A DNA stretch of 35,413 bases from Gemmatimonadales bacterium (lineage in GTDB: Bacteria > Gemmatimonadota > Gemmatimonadetes > Gemmatimonadales > GWC2-71-9). The DNA lies in the NCBI GenBank assembly GCA_035540075.1, contig DATLHD010000090.1, positions 1-35,413 on the forward strand. Direction: 5' to 3'. The notes under the pieces were generated by a model, which was not told the DNA's origin, searched no databases, and was given only the letters and a program-made list of their open reading frames with translations. Shown here piece after piece: positions 1-9,747 of the stretch (position 1 is its first letter; each line of letters starts with the position of its first letter). The translations under genes and the position numbers were made by a program.

Positions 1-240
1 CTCGGGCTCGACGACTCACCCTCGGGCGAGGCCGCGCAGCTGCTGCTCAGCATCATCGCGCTGTGCTGGTTCCACCTGATTCACGCTCGCACCGTCGCAC
101 CAGCCGTCGGTGTGACCCTGGAAGACACCGAAGACCTCGAGCGCCGCCGTCGGCACGTGGTCGGCTTGGTGCTCCACGGTGTCGCCGGACTCACGCGCCC
201 CCTGGCCTCCACCTTCACCCGGTCTCCCGGCAATGACTGA
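1..240 (+). CDS. 3' end (79 codons) of a gene running off the left edge; possibly the C-terminal domain of a TetR/AcrR-type regulator (product is a guess)
   Basis: Frame 1 is open from base 1 to TGA at 238-240. It has strong GC3 bias and protein-like composition ([32 protein letters not shown]...[10 protein letters not shown]...). It is missing from the ORF track because no start codon lies in the window. It overlaps the ATG-233 start of the next gene by 8 nt. Confidence 0.4.
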   Translation, partial: LGLDDSPSGEAAQLLLSIIALCWFHLIHARTVAPAVGVTLEDTEDLERRRRHVVGLVLHGVAGLTRPLASTFTRSPGND

Positions 241-2101
241 AGTCCTCGACCCACCCAGCGAGAAGCCCGGCACGACCCTCGCCTCGGAGCAGGAGGCGCG
301 AGAGGTCGCCGAGGCGGCGCGGGAGAAGGAATGGCAGGCACCCAGCTTCGTCCGGTCCATGTTCGAGGGCTCCTTCCGGCTGGACCTGATCCATCCGTTT
401 CCGCGGCCCAACCCCGCGGACCTGGAGCGGGCGCGCCCATTCATGGAGCGCCTCGAGCGGTTCATGCGGGACCGCGTGGACAGCGACATGATCGACCGCG
501 AAGGCAAGATCCCGAGCTACATCGTCCGCGGGCTGGGCGAGATCGGCGCGTTCGGCATCAAGATCCCCACCGAGTACGGGGGGCTCGGTCTGAGCCAGTA
601 CAGCTATACCCCTGCGATCGGCCTGGTCACCAGCCAGGACGGCAACCTCACCGCGCTCCTCTCCGCGGCGCAGTCCATCGGCGTCCCCACGCCGCTCAAG
701 CTCTTCGGCACCCCGGAACAGAAGGCCCGCTACCTGCCTCGCCTCGCCAGGGGAGCCGTCTCGGCGTTCGCGCTCACCGAGAACCTCGTCGGCTCCGATC
801 CGGCGGGGCTCGCCACCACGGCGACGCTCTCGGACGACGGCGGCCACTACGTGCTGAACGGGGAGAAGCTGTGGTGCACCAACGGCACCATTGCGGAGCT
901 CTTCGTAGTGATGGCGCGGACGGGGCCGAAGCAGATTACGGCGTTCATCGTTGAGGCGGACTGGCCCGGGGTCCATGTGGTCCAGCGGCTCCACTTCATG
1001 GGACTCAAGGCGATCGAGAACGGCATCATCCGGTTCACCAACGTGCGGGTGCCGGTCGAGAACGTGCTCTGGGGCGAGGGCAAGGGCCTCAAGCTCGCGC
1101 TCATCACACTCAATACGGGGCGGCTGACCCTGCCCGCGTCTGCGGTGGCCGGGTCCAAGCGCGCGCTGGAGATCTCCCGCCGCTGGGCCGCCGAGCGGGT
1201 GCAGTGGGGCGCGCCGGTGGGCAAGCACGACGCCGTCGCCCAGAAGCTCGGCCGGATGGCCGCGGAGATCTTCGCGATGGAGGCGGTCTCCGATCTCGCA
1301 TCGCTGCTCGCGGACCGCGGCAACGCCGATATCCGGCTCGAGGCGGCGATGGCCAAGATGTGGAATACAGAGATCGGCTGGCGGATCGTGGACGACGCGC
1401 TGCAGATCAAGGGCGGCCGCGGCTACGAGACGGCCGACAGCCTGCGGAGCCGGGGCGAGCGACCGGATCCGATCGAGCGGATGATGCGCGACTACCGGAT
1501 CAACCTGATCTTCGAGGGGTCGAGCGAGATCATGCGGCTGTTCATCGCCCGGGAGGCGGTGGACACCCACCTTCGGGTCGCGGGCGACATCATCGACCCG
1601 AAGGCCTCGATGGGGATGAAGATCAAGGCGGCGCTCCGATCAGGCGTGTACTACGCCTGGTGGTATCCCAAGCTCTTTCTGGGCTGGGGCCGGGCGCCCC
1701 GATACGGGGAGTTCGGACGGCTGGCCGGCCATGTGCGGTTCGTGGATCGGTCCACTCGCCGGCTCGCGCGGACGCTGTTCCACTGCATGATCCGGTTCGG
1801 CCCGAAGCTGGAAAAGCGCCAGGCGGTGCTTGGCCGACTGGTGGAGATCGGGGCCGAGCTGCTGGCGATGACGGCGGCATGTTCCCGAGCCGCAGCGATG
1901 CAGCGGGACGGGGAGATCGAGCCGGGGCCTGTGGATCTGGCGGACCTCTTCTGCCGTCACGCGCGGCGGCGGGTGGAAGAGCGCTTCGAGGCCGTGTTCC
2001 ACAACGACGACGTGGCGACCTACCGGGTAGCGCAGCAGGTCCTCGCGGGGCAGCACGGCTGGCTGGAGAGCGGGATGGTCAAGCCGCGGGAAGACAGCTA
2101 G
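233..2101 (+). CDS. Acyl-CoA dehydrogenase, long VLCAD/ACAD9-like form with C-terminal extension
   Basis: ORF 179..2101; ATG at 233 (MTEVLDPP...) preferred over GTG at 179. Collinear by eye with VLCAD-type ACADs: [73 protein letters not shown], and the catalytic-Glu region [22 protein letters not shown]. About 170 extra C-terminal residues follow. Confidence 0.9.
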   Translation: MTEVLDPPSEKPGTTLASEQEAREVAEAAREKEWQAPSFVRSMFEGSFRLDLIHPFPRPNPADLERARPFMERLERFMRDRVDSDMIDREGKIPSYIVRGLGEIGAFGIKIPTEYGGLGLSQYSYTPAIGLVTSQDGNLTALLSAAQSIGVPTPLKLFGTPEQKARYLPRLARGAVSAFALTENLVGSDPAGLATTATLSDDGGHYVLNGEKLWCTNGTIAELFVVMARTGPKQITAFIVEADWPGVHVVQRLHFMGLKAIENGIIRFTNVRVPVENVLWGEGKGLKLALITLNTGRLTLPASAVAGSKRALEISRRWAAERVQWGAPVGKHDAVAQKLGRMAAEIFAMEAVSDLASLLADRGNADIRLEAAMAKMWNTEIGWRIVDDALQIKGGRGYETADSLRSRGERPDPIERMMRDYRINLIFEGSSEIMRLFIAREAVDTHLRVAGDIIDPKASMGMKIKAALRSGVYYAWWYPKLFLGWGRAPRYGEFGRLAGHVRFVDRSTRRLARTLFHCMIRFGPKLEKRQAVLGRLVEIGAELLAMTAACSRAAAMQRDGEIEPGPVDLADLFCRHARRRVEERFEAVFHNDDVATYRVAQQVLAGQHGWLESGMVKPREDS

Positions 2102-2110
2102 GATTCGCGC

Positions 2111-2497
2111 ATGGCGATCGCCGAAGGCAGAACCATTCCGTTCGTGGGCCCTGAGGCGGTGGACGTCGCGGTGCTGGAGACGTTCGAGTACGCCGGCCCC
2201 GACCAGGAGATCGTGACGGAGACCCGGGAGTTCAGCCCGGTGTGCCCTTACAGCGGGCTACCGGACTTTGCGACGCTCCGGATCACCTACGTGCCGTCGG
2301 ACCGGTGCATCGAGCTCAAGAGCCTCAAGTACTACGTCACCAGCTACCGCAACGTGGGGATCTTCCAGGAGCACGCGACCGCGAAGATCGCGGAGGACCT
2401 CCAGCGGGCACTCGGGGCGAAGCGCCTCAAGGTGACGACGATCTACAACCCGCGAGGTGGGTTCGACACCACCTGTACGGTGGAGCTGCGGGGGTAG
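2111..2497 (+). CDS. queF: NADPH-dependent 7-cyano-7-deazaguanine (preQ0) reductase, unimodular type I QueF
   Basis: 128 aa. Catalytic Cys context SPVCPYSGLPDFATLRITYVP and QueF motif ELKSLKYY. Size fits type I QueF. Confidence 0.92.
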   Translation: MAIAEGRTIPFVGPEAVDVAVLETFEYAGPDQEIVTETREFSPVCPYSGLPDFATLRITYVPSDRCIELKSLKYYVTSYRNVGIFQEHATAKIAEDLQRALGAKRLKVTTIYNPRGGFDTTCTVELRG

Positions 2498-2505
2498 AAA
2501 GTACC

Positions 2506-2570
2506 GTCATCCCGAGCGCAGCGAGGATCTTGCCCGCACCCGCAAGATCCCTCGTTGTGCTCGGGATGAC
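2506..2570. repeat. REP-like palindromic element, copy 1 (65 bp)
   Basis: GTCATCCCGAGCGCAGCGAGGATCTTGC...GCAAGATCCCTCGTTGTGCTCGGGATGAC: imperfect inverted repeat with termini GTCATCCCGAG/CTCGGGATGAC. It fills the 75-bp gap between the convergent stops of queF (2497) and the M28 peptidase (2573). Same family as 7458-7545 and 25144-25209. Confidence 0.85.
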
Positions 2571-2572
2571 AG

Positions 2573-4084
2573 TTATTTGGCGCTCATCGCCGAGGGCGTG
2601 GTGGGTACCGTCTCCGGCCCCGGCTTCGGCCCCCGCGGCAGCAGCTCGCCCAGGTTCGCCAGCTCCCACGCCGTCACCGCCATCACCGCGCTCGCCTGCT
2701 GCAGGTCCTCCGCCACAGCCTTGTCGTAGGTGTCGCTCTGCGAGTGGTGGGTGTGGTTGTACCCCCGCGGCTCCTGGTCGAAGTTGAACCCGGGAACCCC
2801 GTACGGAATGAAGGACAAGTGGTCGGTCCCCGTCTTCACGTCCTCCCGCACCGAGTCCGCGCCGAGCCGCGCCACCGGAACGAGGAGCGCCTGCCAGAGC
2901 TCCGCGAATTCCGGCCGTCCCTGCAACGCCTGTCCCACGATCCGTCCTGTACCGTTGTCGATCACCAGGACCGCCTGCACGCTGTCCGCCTCTGCCGCGT
3001 GCGTCGCCGCGTACTGCCGCGAGCCGAGCAGCCCTTCCTCCTCGCCCGCGAACAGGATGAATCGGATCGTTCGCTTGGGCTTGAGTCCCGATTTCGCCAG
3101 CACCCGCGCGGCCTCGAGCACCACCATCGATCCCGCCCCGTTGTCGGTCACCCCGGTGCCGAGATCCCAGCTGTCGAGGTGAGCACCGAGGATCACCACC
3201 TGCCCCGGCAGCTCGGACCCCCGGAGGTCACCAACCGTGTTCCACTGCTGCACCCGCGACTTGCCGAGCTTGTTCTCCACTCGCCCTTCCAGCCTCGGCG
3301 TCACCCTGTGGGCGATGAGGCGCTCCATCAGGGTGTAGTCCTCGTGCGAGATCACGATGTTGGGCAGCGGCGCGACCCGGTTGGGCGAGCCGCTCATCGT
3401 CATGAGGGCGTGCTCCTTCGCACCGTCCACGAGCGTCCCCAACGCTCCCGCCTCTCGGAGCATGTAGGGCAGGTCGATCTGGTACTGCCGGCGCTGCCGC
3501 ACCGCGGGGGCCGAAGTGTCGGCGGTCAGGGCCGCGCGGGCGTCCTTGATCGCGGCGATGCGCTGCGAGTCCTCCGGGCTTGGCGGTGGCGCGTCCGGGT
3601 TCCAGATCGGAGTCGAAGGCTTCGGCAGAACCCAGGCGCCGCGGACCCGGTCGCGGTACACCGCGAGGCTGTCGCGGGTGGACAGGTCCACCAGGACCAC
3701 CGGCCCCTTGCGTGTCTTCCCGTCGGTCCCGGCGGTCCAGGCCCAGCTGTATCCCGTCATCGCCCGTTCGAAGGGCGCCGTGAGCCGGAGGGAGAGGGGA
3801 CCGCGCTCCCAGGTGACGCCGAAGTCGAAGGGCTCCAGCGACGCCGCCAGTCCGTAGCTTCGGAATCGCTCGGCGGTCCACTCGTTCGCCCGGCGCATCG
3901 CGGGCGAGCCGGAGAGCCGCGGTCCGATAACGTCGCTCAGATAGCGCAGGTTCTCCATGACTGCGGATCGCTCCAGGGCCTCGGCGATGAGGACGCCGGA
4001 GCCGGCGGTGTCCACGGTGGACTGGGCCCGGAGCGGGGGGGCCAGGACTGCGGCGGCGAAGAGGATGGCGGTCGCTTTGCACAT
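2573..4084 (-). CDS. Secreted M28-family zinc aminopeptidase
   Basis: 503 aa. Signal peptide MCKATAILFAAAVLAPPLRAQ. M28 metal-ligand blocks VILGAHLDSWDLGTGVTDNGAGSMVVLEAARVL, FILFAGEEEGLLGS and HHSQSDTYDK. Confidence 0.85.
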   Translation of the reverse strand: MCKATAILFAAAVLAPPLRAQSTVDTAGSGVLIAEALERSAVMENLRYLSDVIGPRLSGSPAMRRANEWTAERFRSYGLAASLEPFDFGVTWERGPLSLRLTAPFERAMTGYSWAWTAGTDGKTRKGPVVLVDLSTRDSLAVYRDRVRGAWVLPKPSTPIWNPDAPPPSPEDSQRIAAIKDARAALTADTSAPAVRQRRQYQIDLPYMLREAGALGTLVDGAKEHALMTMSGSPNRVAPLPNIVISHEDYTLMERLIAHRVTPRLEGRVENKLGKSRVQQWNTVGDLRGSELPGQVVILGAHLDSWDLGTGVTDNGAGSMVVLEAARVLAKSGLKPKRTIRFILFAGEEEGLLGSRQYAATHAAEADSVQAVLVIDNGTGRIVGQALQGRPEFAELWQALLVPVARLGADSVREDVKTGTDHLSFIPYGVPGFNFDQEPRGYNHTHHSQSDTYDKAVAEDLQQASAVMAVTAWELANLGELLPRGPKPGPETVPTTPSAMSAK

Positions 4085-4195
4085 GCGGTGAATCTCGCAG
4101 TAGGTGGTTGCTGGCGAATGCGGCCGGGCGCAAGTTATACTCGGACATCGCCCTACGACATCTTCTCACCGACGCATTCCCCGAGGAGCCGGTAC

Positions 4196-5482
4196 GTGCC
4201 CCAGGACAGCTTGACCATCACCGATAATCGCACCGGCCGTAGCTACGACATACCGGTGTCCGAGGGAACCGTCCGGGCCACGGACCTCCGCCAGATCAAG
4301 GTCTCGGACGACGACTTCGGCCTCATGACGTACGACCCGGCCTTCATGAACACGGCCGCGTGCCGGAGCGCGATCACGTTCATCGACGGCGACCGGGGCA
4401 TCCTGCGGTACCGCGGCTATCCGATCGAGCAGCTGGCCGATCAGGGGAGCTTTCTCGAGGTCGCGTACCTCCTGATCGAGGGGGAGCTGCCGACCAAGAC
4501 GCAGCTCACCAAGTGGACGGAGACGGTGAAGTACCACACCTACGTCCATACCAACATCACCAAGTTCCTCGAGGGATTCCGCTACGATGCCCACCCGATG
4601 GGCGTCCTCCTCGGCGTGGTGGGAGCGATGTCCACCTTCTATCCCGACGCCAAGAACATCCACGATCCCGAGAATCGCAAGCTCCAGCGGGTGCGGCTCC
4701 TGGCCAAGGCGCCCACCATCGCGGCCTTCGCCTTCCGCCACTCCCGGGGGCTGCCGATCGTGTTCCCGGACAACGATCTCGACTACATCGCGAACTTCGT
4801 CAACATGACGTTCAGCATCGGCGGCCGCCACAAGCCGAACAAGGTGCTGCAGCGCGCGCTCGAGATCCTCCTCATCCTCCACGCCGATCACGAGCAGAAC
4901 TGCTCCACCAGCGCGGTACGTGGCGTCGGGTCGTCGCACGTGGACCCCTTCTCCGCCGTCTCGGCCGGGATCGCGGCGCTCTACGGACCGCTTCACGGCG
5001 GGGCCAACGAGGCCGTGCTCGCTATGCTGGACGAGATCGGGGCCAAGAAGAACATCCCGGCGTTCATCAAGGAGGTGAAGGGCGGCGGCGGCCGGCTGAT
5101 GGGCTTCGGCCACCGGGTGTACAAGTCCTACGACCCCCGGGCCAAGCTGATCAAGCGGGTCGCCGACGACGTGTTCCGGGAGACCGGGCTGAATCCGAAG
5201 CTGGAGATCGCGATGGAGCTGGAGCGGATCGCGCTGGAGGACGAGTACTTCATCAAGCGGAAGCTTTACCCCAACGTGGACTTCTACTCCGGCCTGATCT
5301 ACCAGGCGATGGGCTATCCCACCGAGTACTTCACCGTGCTCTTCGCCCTGGGCCGGATGCCCGGCTGGCTGGCCCAGTGGGAGGAGATGCTTCTGGACAA
5401 GGACCAGAAGATCGCCCGGCCGCGCCAGATCTACACCGGGAGCGCGGAGCGGCCGTTCGTGCCGATCGAGAAGCGCGGGTGA
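4196..5482 (+). CDS. gltA: Citrate synthase (type II, about 428 aa)
   Basis: C-terminal part of ORF 2744..5482. Hallmark blocks [32 protein letters not shown] and [10 protein letters not shown]. In-frame GTG at 4196 is preceded by GAGGAG at 4183-4188 and gives a typical N-terminus ([13 protein letters not shown]...). In-frame ATG at 4118 is the alternative start. An AT-rich TATACT at 4136-4141 could be a -10 box, which would favour 4196. Confidence 0.93.
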   Translation: MPQDSLTITDNRTGRSYDIPVSEGTVRATDLRQIKVSDDDFGLMTYDPAFMNTAACRSAITFIDGDRGILRYRGYPIEQLADQGSFLEVAYLLIEGELPTKTQLTKWTETVKYHTYVHTNITKFLEGFRYDAHPMGVLLGVVGAMSTFYPDAKNIHDPENRKLQRVRLLAKAPTIAAFAFRHSRGLPIVFPDNDLDYIANFVNMTFSIGGRHKPNKVLQRALEILLILHADHEQNCSTSAVRGVGSSHVDPFSAVSAGIAALYGPLHGGANEAVLAMLDEIGAKKNIPAFIKEVKGGGGRLMGFGHRVYKSYDPRAKLIKRVADDVFRETGLNPKLEIAMELERIALEDEYFIKRKLYPNVDFYSGLIYQAMGYPTEYFTVLFALGRMPGWLAQWEEMLLDKDQKIARPRQIYTGSAERPFVPIEKRG

Positions 5483-7440
5483 CGACCACCGACCAGCTCG
5501 CTACCCTGCTCTCGGAGCACCGGCGCTTCCCCCCGCCCCCGGACTTCGCGGCGCGCGCGAACGTGGCCCTGGCGCTCTACCAGGCCGCCGCGCAGGACCG
5601 GGAAGGGTACTGGGCCGACCAGGCACGCGCCCTCGACTGGATCCGGCCCTGGGACCGGGTGTTGGAGTGGAACCCGCCGCACGCCAAGTGGTTCGTCGGC
5701 GGCAAGCTCAACGTCTCCACCAACTGCCTCGACCGACATCTGACCGGGCCCCGGCGCAACAAGGCCGCGATCATCTGGGAGGGAGAGCCCGGCGATCGCC
5801 AGGTGCTCACCTACTGGGAGCTCGCGCGGGAGGTGAGCCGCTGCGCCAACGCGCTCCGCCGCCTCGGCATCAAGCGGGGCGACCGGGTAGCGATCTATCT
5901 GCCGATGGTGCCGCAGGCCGCGATCGCGATGCTCGCCTGCGCCCGGATCGGCGCCGTCCACTCGGTAGTTTTCGGCGGTTTCTCGGCGGAGTCCCTACGG
6001 GACCGGATCAACGACGCGCAGGCGGTCGCGCTCATCACCTCCGACGGTGGTTACCGGCGCGGACAGGTGCTGCCGCTCAAGCGCTTCGCCGACGAGGCGC
6101 TGCGGGAGTGCCCTTCGATCCGCCACGTCGTCGTGGTCCAGCGGCGCTCCGGCTCCCCCGGCGACGAGTCGTTCGCCAACATGGTGGAAGGACGGGACCA
6201 CTGGTGGCATCGCCTCCTCGACCCCGAGCCGTACCACTGCGACCCCGAGGCGATGGACGCGGAGGACCTGCTCTTCATCCTCTATACCTCAGGGACCACT
6301 GGGAAGCCCAAGGGCATCGTCCACACCACCGGCGGCTATCTGACTCAGGTTGCCGCCACCACGAAACACGTCTTCGACCTCAAGGACGAGGACGTCTTCT
6401 GGTGCACCGCGGACATCGGCTGGGTGACGGGCCACAGCTACGTGGTCTACGGTCCCCTGGCTAACGGCGCGACGGTGGTGATGTACGAGGGGGCCCCGGA
6501 CTGGCCCGAGCGAGACCGGTTCTGGAAGCTGATCGAGCGCTACGGCGTGACCGTGTTGTACACCGCCCCGACCGCGGTCCGTGCTTTCATGAAGTGGGGG
6601 GTCGAGCACCCACGGGCGCACGATCTCTCCACCCTCCGCCTCCTGGGGTCGGTGGGCGAGCCGATCAATCCCGAAGCCTGGATGTGGTATCACGAGCACA
6701 TCGGCGGGGGCCGCTGTCCCATCGTGGACACGTGGTGGCAGACGGAGACTGGCGGGATCATGATCACCCCGCTCCCGGGCGTGACGACCACGAAGCCCGG
6801 CTCGGCGACCCAACCGTACCCCGGGATCGTCGCCGAGCTCGTGGACAACGGCGGCAAAGCCCTCGCGCGGGGCGGCGGCTTCCTGACGCTGTCCGAGCCC
6901 TGGCCGGGGATGCTGCGCACGATCTATGGCGACGATGCCCGCTATCAGGCGACCTACTGGAGCCGGTTCCCGGGCCGCTACTTCGCGGGCGACGGGGCCA
7001 AGCTCGATGAGGACGGATACTGGTGGATCCTGGGACGGGTGGACGATGTGCTGAACGTCGCCGGGCACCGGATAGGGACGATGGAAGTCGAGAGCGCGCT
7101 GGTGGACCACCCCGCGGTCGCCGAGGCGGCTGTGGTGGGCCGGAGCCACGAGCTCAAGGGCCAGTCGCTGGCGGCGTTCGTCACCCTGAAGGAAGGCAAC
7201 CAGCCGTCGCCCAGCTTGCGCGACGCCCTACGCGACCATGTGACCCGGAAGATCGGCGCCATCGCCCGGCCGGACGACATCCTCTTCAGCGCCGACCTGC
7301 CCAAGACCCGAAGCGGAAAGATCATGCGCCGGCTGCTCAAGGACATCGCCGAGGGCCGCGCACTCGGGGACACGACGACGCTGGCGGACCCGAACGTGGT
7401 GAGCAGGCTGAAGGAGATGTACGAGGACAAGGAGGGGTAG
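5479..7440 (+). CDS. acs: Acetyl-CoA synthetase (AMP-forming)
   Basis: C-terminal 653 aa of ORF 4360..7440. GTG at 5479 overlaps the gltA TGA (GTGA). Motifs [20 protein letters not shown] and the acetylatable-Lys region [13 protein letters not shown]. Confidence 0.95.
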   Translation: MTTTDQLATLLSEHRRFPPPPDFAARANVALALYQAAAQDREGYWADQARALDWIRPWDRVLEWNPPHAKWFVGGKLNVSTNCLDRHLTGPRRNKAAIIWEGEPGDRQVLTYWELAREVSRCANALRRLGIKRGDRVAIYLPMVPQAAIAMLACARIGAVHSVVFGGFSAESLRDRINDAQAVALITSDGGYRRGQVLPLKRFADEALRECPSIRHVVVVQRRSGSPGDESFANMVEGRDHWWHRLLDPEPYHCDPEAMDAEDLLFILYTSGTTGKPKGIVHTTGGYLTQVAATTKHVFDLKDEDVFWCTADIGWVTGHSYVVYGPLANGATVVMYEGAPDWPERDRFWKLIERYGVTVLYTAPTAVRAFMKWGVEHPRAHDLSTLRLLGSVGEPINPEAWMWYHEHIGGGRCPIVDTWWQTETGGIMITPLPGVTTTKPGSATQPYPGIVAELVDNGGKALARGGGFLTLSEPWPGMLRTIYGDDARYQATYWSRFPGRYFAGDGAKLDEDGYWWILGRVDDVLNVAGHRIGTMEVESALVDHPAVAEAAVVGRSHELKGQSLAAFVTLKEGNQPSPSLRDALRDHVTRKIGAIARPDDILFSADLPKTRSGKIMRRLLKDIAEGRALGDTTTLADPNVVSRLKEMYEDKEG

Positions 7441-7457
7441 GCGGACGGGCGGGACCT

Positions 7458-7545
7458 GTCATCCCGAGCGAAGCGAGGGATCTTCTCGGCGGTCATCGGA
7501 GACCGGGTGAGAAGATCCCTCGTCGCTTACGCTCCTCGGGATGAC
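7458..7545. repeat. REP-like palindromic element, copy 2 (88 bp, longer spacer and an insertion in the right arm)
   Basis: GTCATCCCGAGCGAAGCGAGGGATCTTCTC...GAGAAGATCCCTCGTCGCTTACGCTCCTCGGGATGAC. Lies between the convergent stops of acs (7440) and speA (7566). It generates the spurious ORF peptides VIPSEARDL / IPRFARDD. Confidence 0.85.
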
Positions 7546-7565
7546 GGGTGACGCCGGTCCGCCCT

Positions 7566-9539
7566 CTACTCCCGCTCCACATCCTCCTCCAGGTACGTAT
7601 ACCCCTCCAGCCCCGCCACGAAGTCCGCGATGAACGAGTTGGCCTCCTGCCGCGACAGCCCCTTCGCGTTGGCCACCTTCCGGCGGAAAGTGGCCAGCAG
7701 GTCGCTGGCGTGGAACTGGACGTAGTTGAGCACCTCGGTCACCGTGTCGCCGTGCACCAGGTCGGTCACCTCGTAGCCCTGGTCGGTCAGCCGCACGTGG
7801 ACCGCGTTGGTGTCGCCGAAGAGGTTGTGCAGGTCGCCCAGGATCTCCTGGTAGGCGCCGGTGAGGAAGATGCCGAGGATGTAGGGCTCGCCCTCGTGCA
7901 CCGGGTGGAGCTCGAGTGACGGCTTCCCCTTGCGCCCTCCCACGAAGCGGTCGATCACCCCGTCGGAGTCGCAGGTCATGTCCTGGAGGGTGCCCCGCCG
8001 GGTGGGCGGCTCGCTGAGCCGATGGATCGGCATGATGGGGAACAGCTGGTCGATCGCCCAGTGGTCCGGCAGCGACTGGAACACCGAGAAGTTGCAGAAG
8101 TACCGGTCCACCAGGGCGGCGTCGATGTGAGCCGTGATCTCCGGAAACGACGTCCGGTCGTCCCCGATCGCCTGCTGAAGAGCGTGAAGCGTGGCCAGGT
8201 ACAGCTGCTCCGCGTCCGCCTTGTCGCGCAGCGAGAAGACACCGCTGGCGAAGTACTCCTGGGTCCGCTCCTTGGCGAAGATCGCGTCGTGGAAGACCTC
8301 CTCGATCCGCTCCGGACTCAGCGCTTCGAGGTTCTCCGCCATCTCCTGCAGCAGCGGATGCGGGTCCTCGCGCAGAACCGGCGGCGCGGGCTCCACCAGC
8401 GACTCGACGTCGGTCACGTCTACCAGCAGCAGGGCGTGGTGCGCCGTGAGCGCCCGGCCCGACTCGCTGATGATGTGCGGCATCGGCAGCTCCTCGGTGC
8501 GGCAGGCGGTGCCGATGGTGTAGACGACGTCGCTGGCGTACTCCCGCATGGTGTAGTTGACGCTCGCCGACCGGGTCGAGCGGGAGCCGTCGTAGTCGAC
8601 GCCCAGGCCGCCGCCCACGTCCACGTGGGAGATGTCGAACCCCATGCCCCGCAGCTCGGCGTAGTATCGGCTGATCTCTTCCAGGCCGGCCTTCACATGG
8701 CGGATGTCGGTGATCTGACTTCCCAGGTGGAAGTGCACCAGCTTGAGGATGTCCTTCCGCCCCCGCCGCTCCAGCTCGTCGAGGAGCCGCATCAGCTCCA
8801 CCGCCGAGAGCCCGAACTTCGAGCGCTCGCCGCCACTCTTGGCCCAGCGGCCCGAGCCCTCGGTCGCCAGCTTGATCCGGACCCCCGCGGTCGAAGCCAC
8901 GCCCATCTCGTCGGCCACCTTGAGCAGGACGTCCAGCTCGTTGAGCTGCTCCAGCACGACCATCACGGTGTGGCCCAGCTTCTGGCCCATCAGGGCCAGC
9001 CGCATGTACTCCTCGTCCTTGTAGCCGTTGCAGACGATGAGATGCCGGGTGTCCTCGTTGAGGCCCAGCACCGCCTGGAGCTCGGGCTTGCTTCCGCACT
9101 CGAGGCCAACGCCGTAGGGCGCGCCGAACTCCACGATCTCCTGCACCACGTGGCGCTGCTGGTTGACCTTCACCGGGTAGACGGTGGTGTAGCTCCCGTC
9201 GTACCCGAACTCCTTGATCGCGTTGGAGAACTCGCCCGAGAGGGCCTCGATCCGCGACTTCAGGATGTCGGAAAAGCGGAGCAGCAGTGGCAGGCCCACG
9301 CCCTGGGCATGGAGATCGGTGGCGAGGTGGTAGAGATCGAGCCCGCGCTTCCGGTTGGCATCCGGGTGCACGGTGACGTGGCCGTCGGGGTTGATGCGGA
9401 AGTAGCCGAGCCCCCATCCGTTCATGTTGTACAGCTTCTCCGCGTCCTTTACGGTCCAGGTGGGCGGGGCGACGGTAGTGGCGATGTCGAACTCCTGCTG
9501 AGGGGCGAAGGGGCAATTGTAATGGGAATCGACAGTCAT
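7566..9539 (-). CDS. speA: Biosynthetic arginine decarboxylase (PLP, fold type III)
   Basis: 657 aa. N-terminus WTVKDAEKLYNMNGWGLGYFRINPDGHVTVHP is typical of SpeA. Also YPVKVNQQRHVV and HVDVGGGLGVDYDGS blocks; full-length collinearity. Confidence 0.95.
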   Translation of the reverse strand: MTVDSHYNCPFAPQQEFDIATTVAPPTWTVKDAEKLYNMNGWGLGYFRINPDGHVTVHPDANRKRGLDLYHLATDLHAQGVGLPLLLRFSDILKSRIEALSGEFSNAIKEFGYDGSYTTVYPVKVNQQRHVVQEIVEFGAPYGVGLECGSKPELQAVLGLNEDTRHLIVCNGYKDEEYMRLALMGQKLGHTVMVVLEQLNELDVLLKVADEMGVASTAGVRIKLATEGSGRWAKSGGERSKFGLSAVELMRLLDELERRGRKDILKLVHFHLGSQITDIRHVKAGLEEISRYYAELRGMGFDISHVDVGGGLGVDYDGSRSTRSASVNYTMREYASDVVYTIGTACRTEELPMPHIISESGRALTAHHALLLVDVTDVESLVEPAPPVLREDPHPLLQEMAENLEALSPERIEEVFHDAIFAKERTQEYFASGVFSLRDKADAEQLYLATLHALQQAIGDDRTSFPEITAHIDAALVDRYFCNFSVFQSLPDHWAIDQLFPIMPIHRLSEPPTRRGTLQDMTCDSDGVIDRFVGGRKGKPSLELHPVHEGEPYILGIFLTGAYQEILGDLHNLFGDTNAVHVRLTDQGYEVTDLVHGDTVTEVLNYVQFHASDLLATFRRKVANAKGLSRQEANSFIADFVAGLEGYTYLEEDVERE

Positions 9540-9747
9540 GGAAAGCGTCGTGGCGGCACCGCGACAACGGGCCTTCTCGGGGTGGTGCAGGCGCCGTCAT
9601 CTCGGGGGTAAACGGCACTCCGGGCACGACTTCCCCGTGGGCACGAGAACGCGCCGGCAGGCACGAAGCTCGCACTTTCAGGAGTTGCACCCGCGGAGAC
9701 CCGGAAGCAGCGGGCTGCACCACCGTACAGAAGATTGGGAGGTCCTC

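Noticed and set aside
2102-2110. preQ1 riboswitch upstream of queF (also checked upstream of queC, 13515-13523)
   Set aside because: The intergenic gaps are only 9 nt, so there is no room for an aptamer. Both genes appear co-transcribed with their upstream neighbours.
2744-4195. N-terminal 484 codons of ORF 2744..5482 upstream of the citrate synthase domain
   Set aside because: It is antisense to the M28 peptidase gene and has junk composition. Citrate synthase homology begins only near 4196, where a GTG with a GAGGAG SD is present. The ATG at 4118 remains a weaker alternative start, leaving only 33 bp to the divergent gene.
4360-5478. N-terminal extension of the acs ORF (4360..7440), and analogous extensions: 31024..32007 (ATPase ORF), 28287..29570 (MFS ORF), 27070..27777 (DUF2339 ORF), 24804..25316 (amidase ORF), 18698..19024 (kinase ORF)
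   Set aside because: Each extension overlaps the upstream real gene out of frame and has R/P/G-rich composition. Internal starts give proteins of canonical family length and create 4-nt start/stop overlaps or have SD motifs.
6978-7496. ORFs that read through REP elements (peptides VIPSEARDL, IPRFARDD, SSRAKRGI), for example 6978..7496(-), 7023..7544(+), 2242..2787(+), 2457..2729(+)
   Set aside because: The conserved peptides come from translating the palindromic repeat. The rest of each ORF is antisense to or out of frame with acs, speA or the M28 peptidase.
9540-9747. Possible riboswitch or sRNA in the 208-bp speA / orphan-gene divergent region (imperfect stem TGCACCCGC...GCGGGCTGCA around 9686-9719)
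   Set aside because: I recognise no known riboswitch consensus and the stem is imperfect. It is most simply two divergent promoters and leaders.
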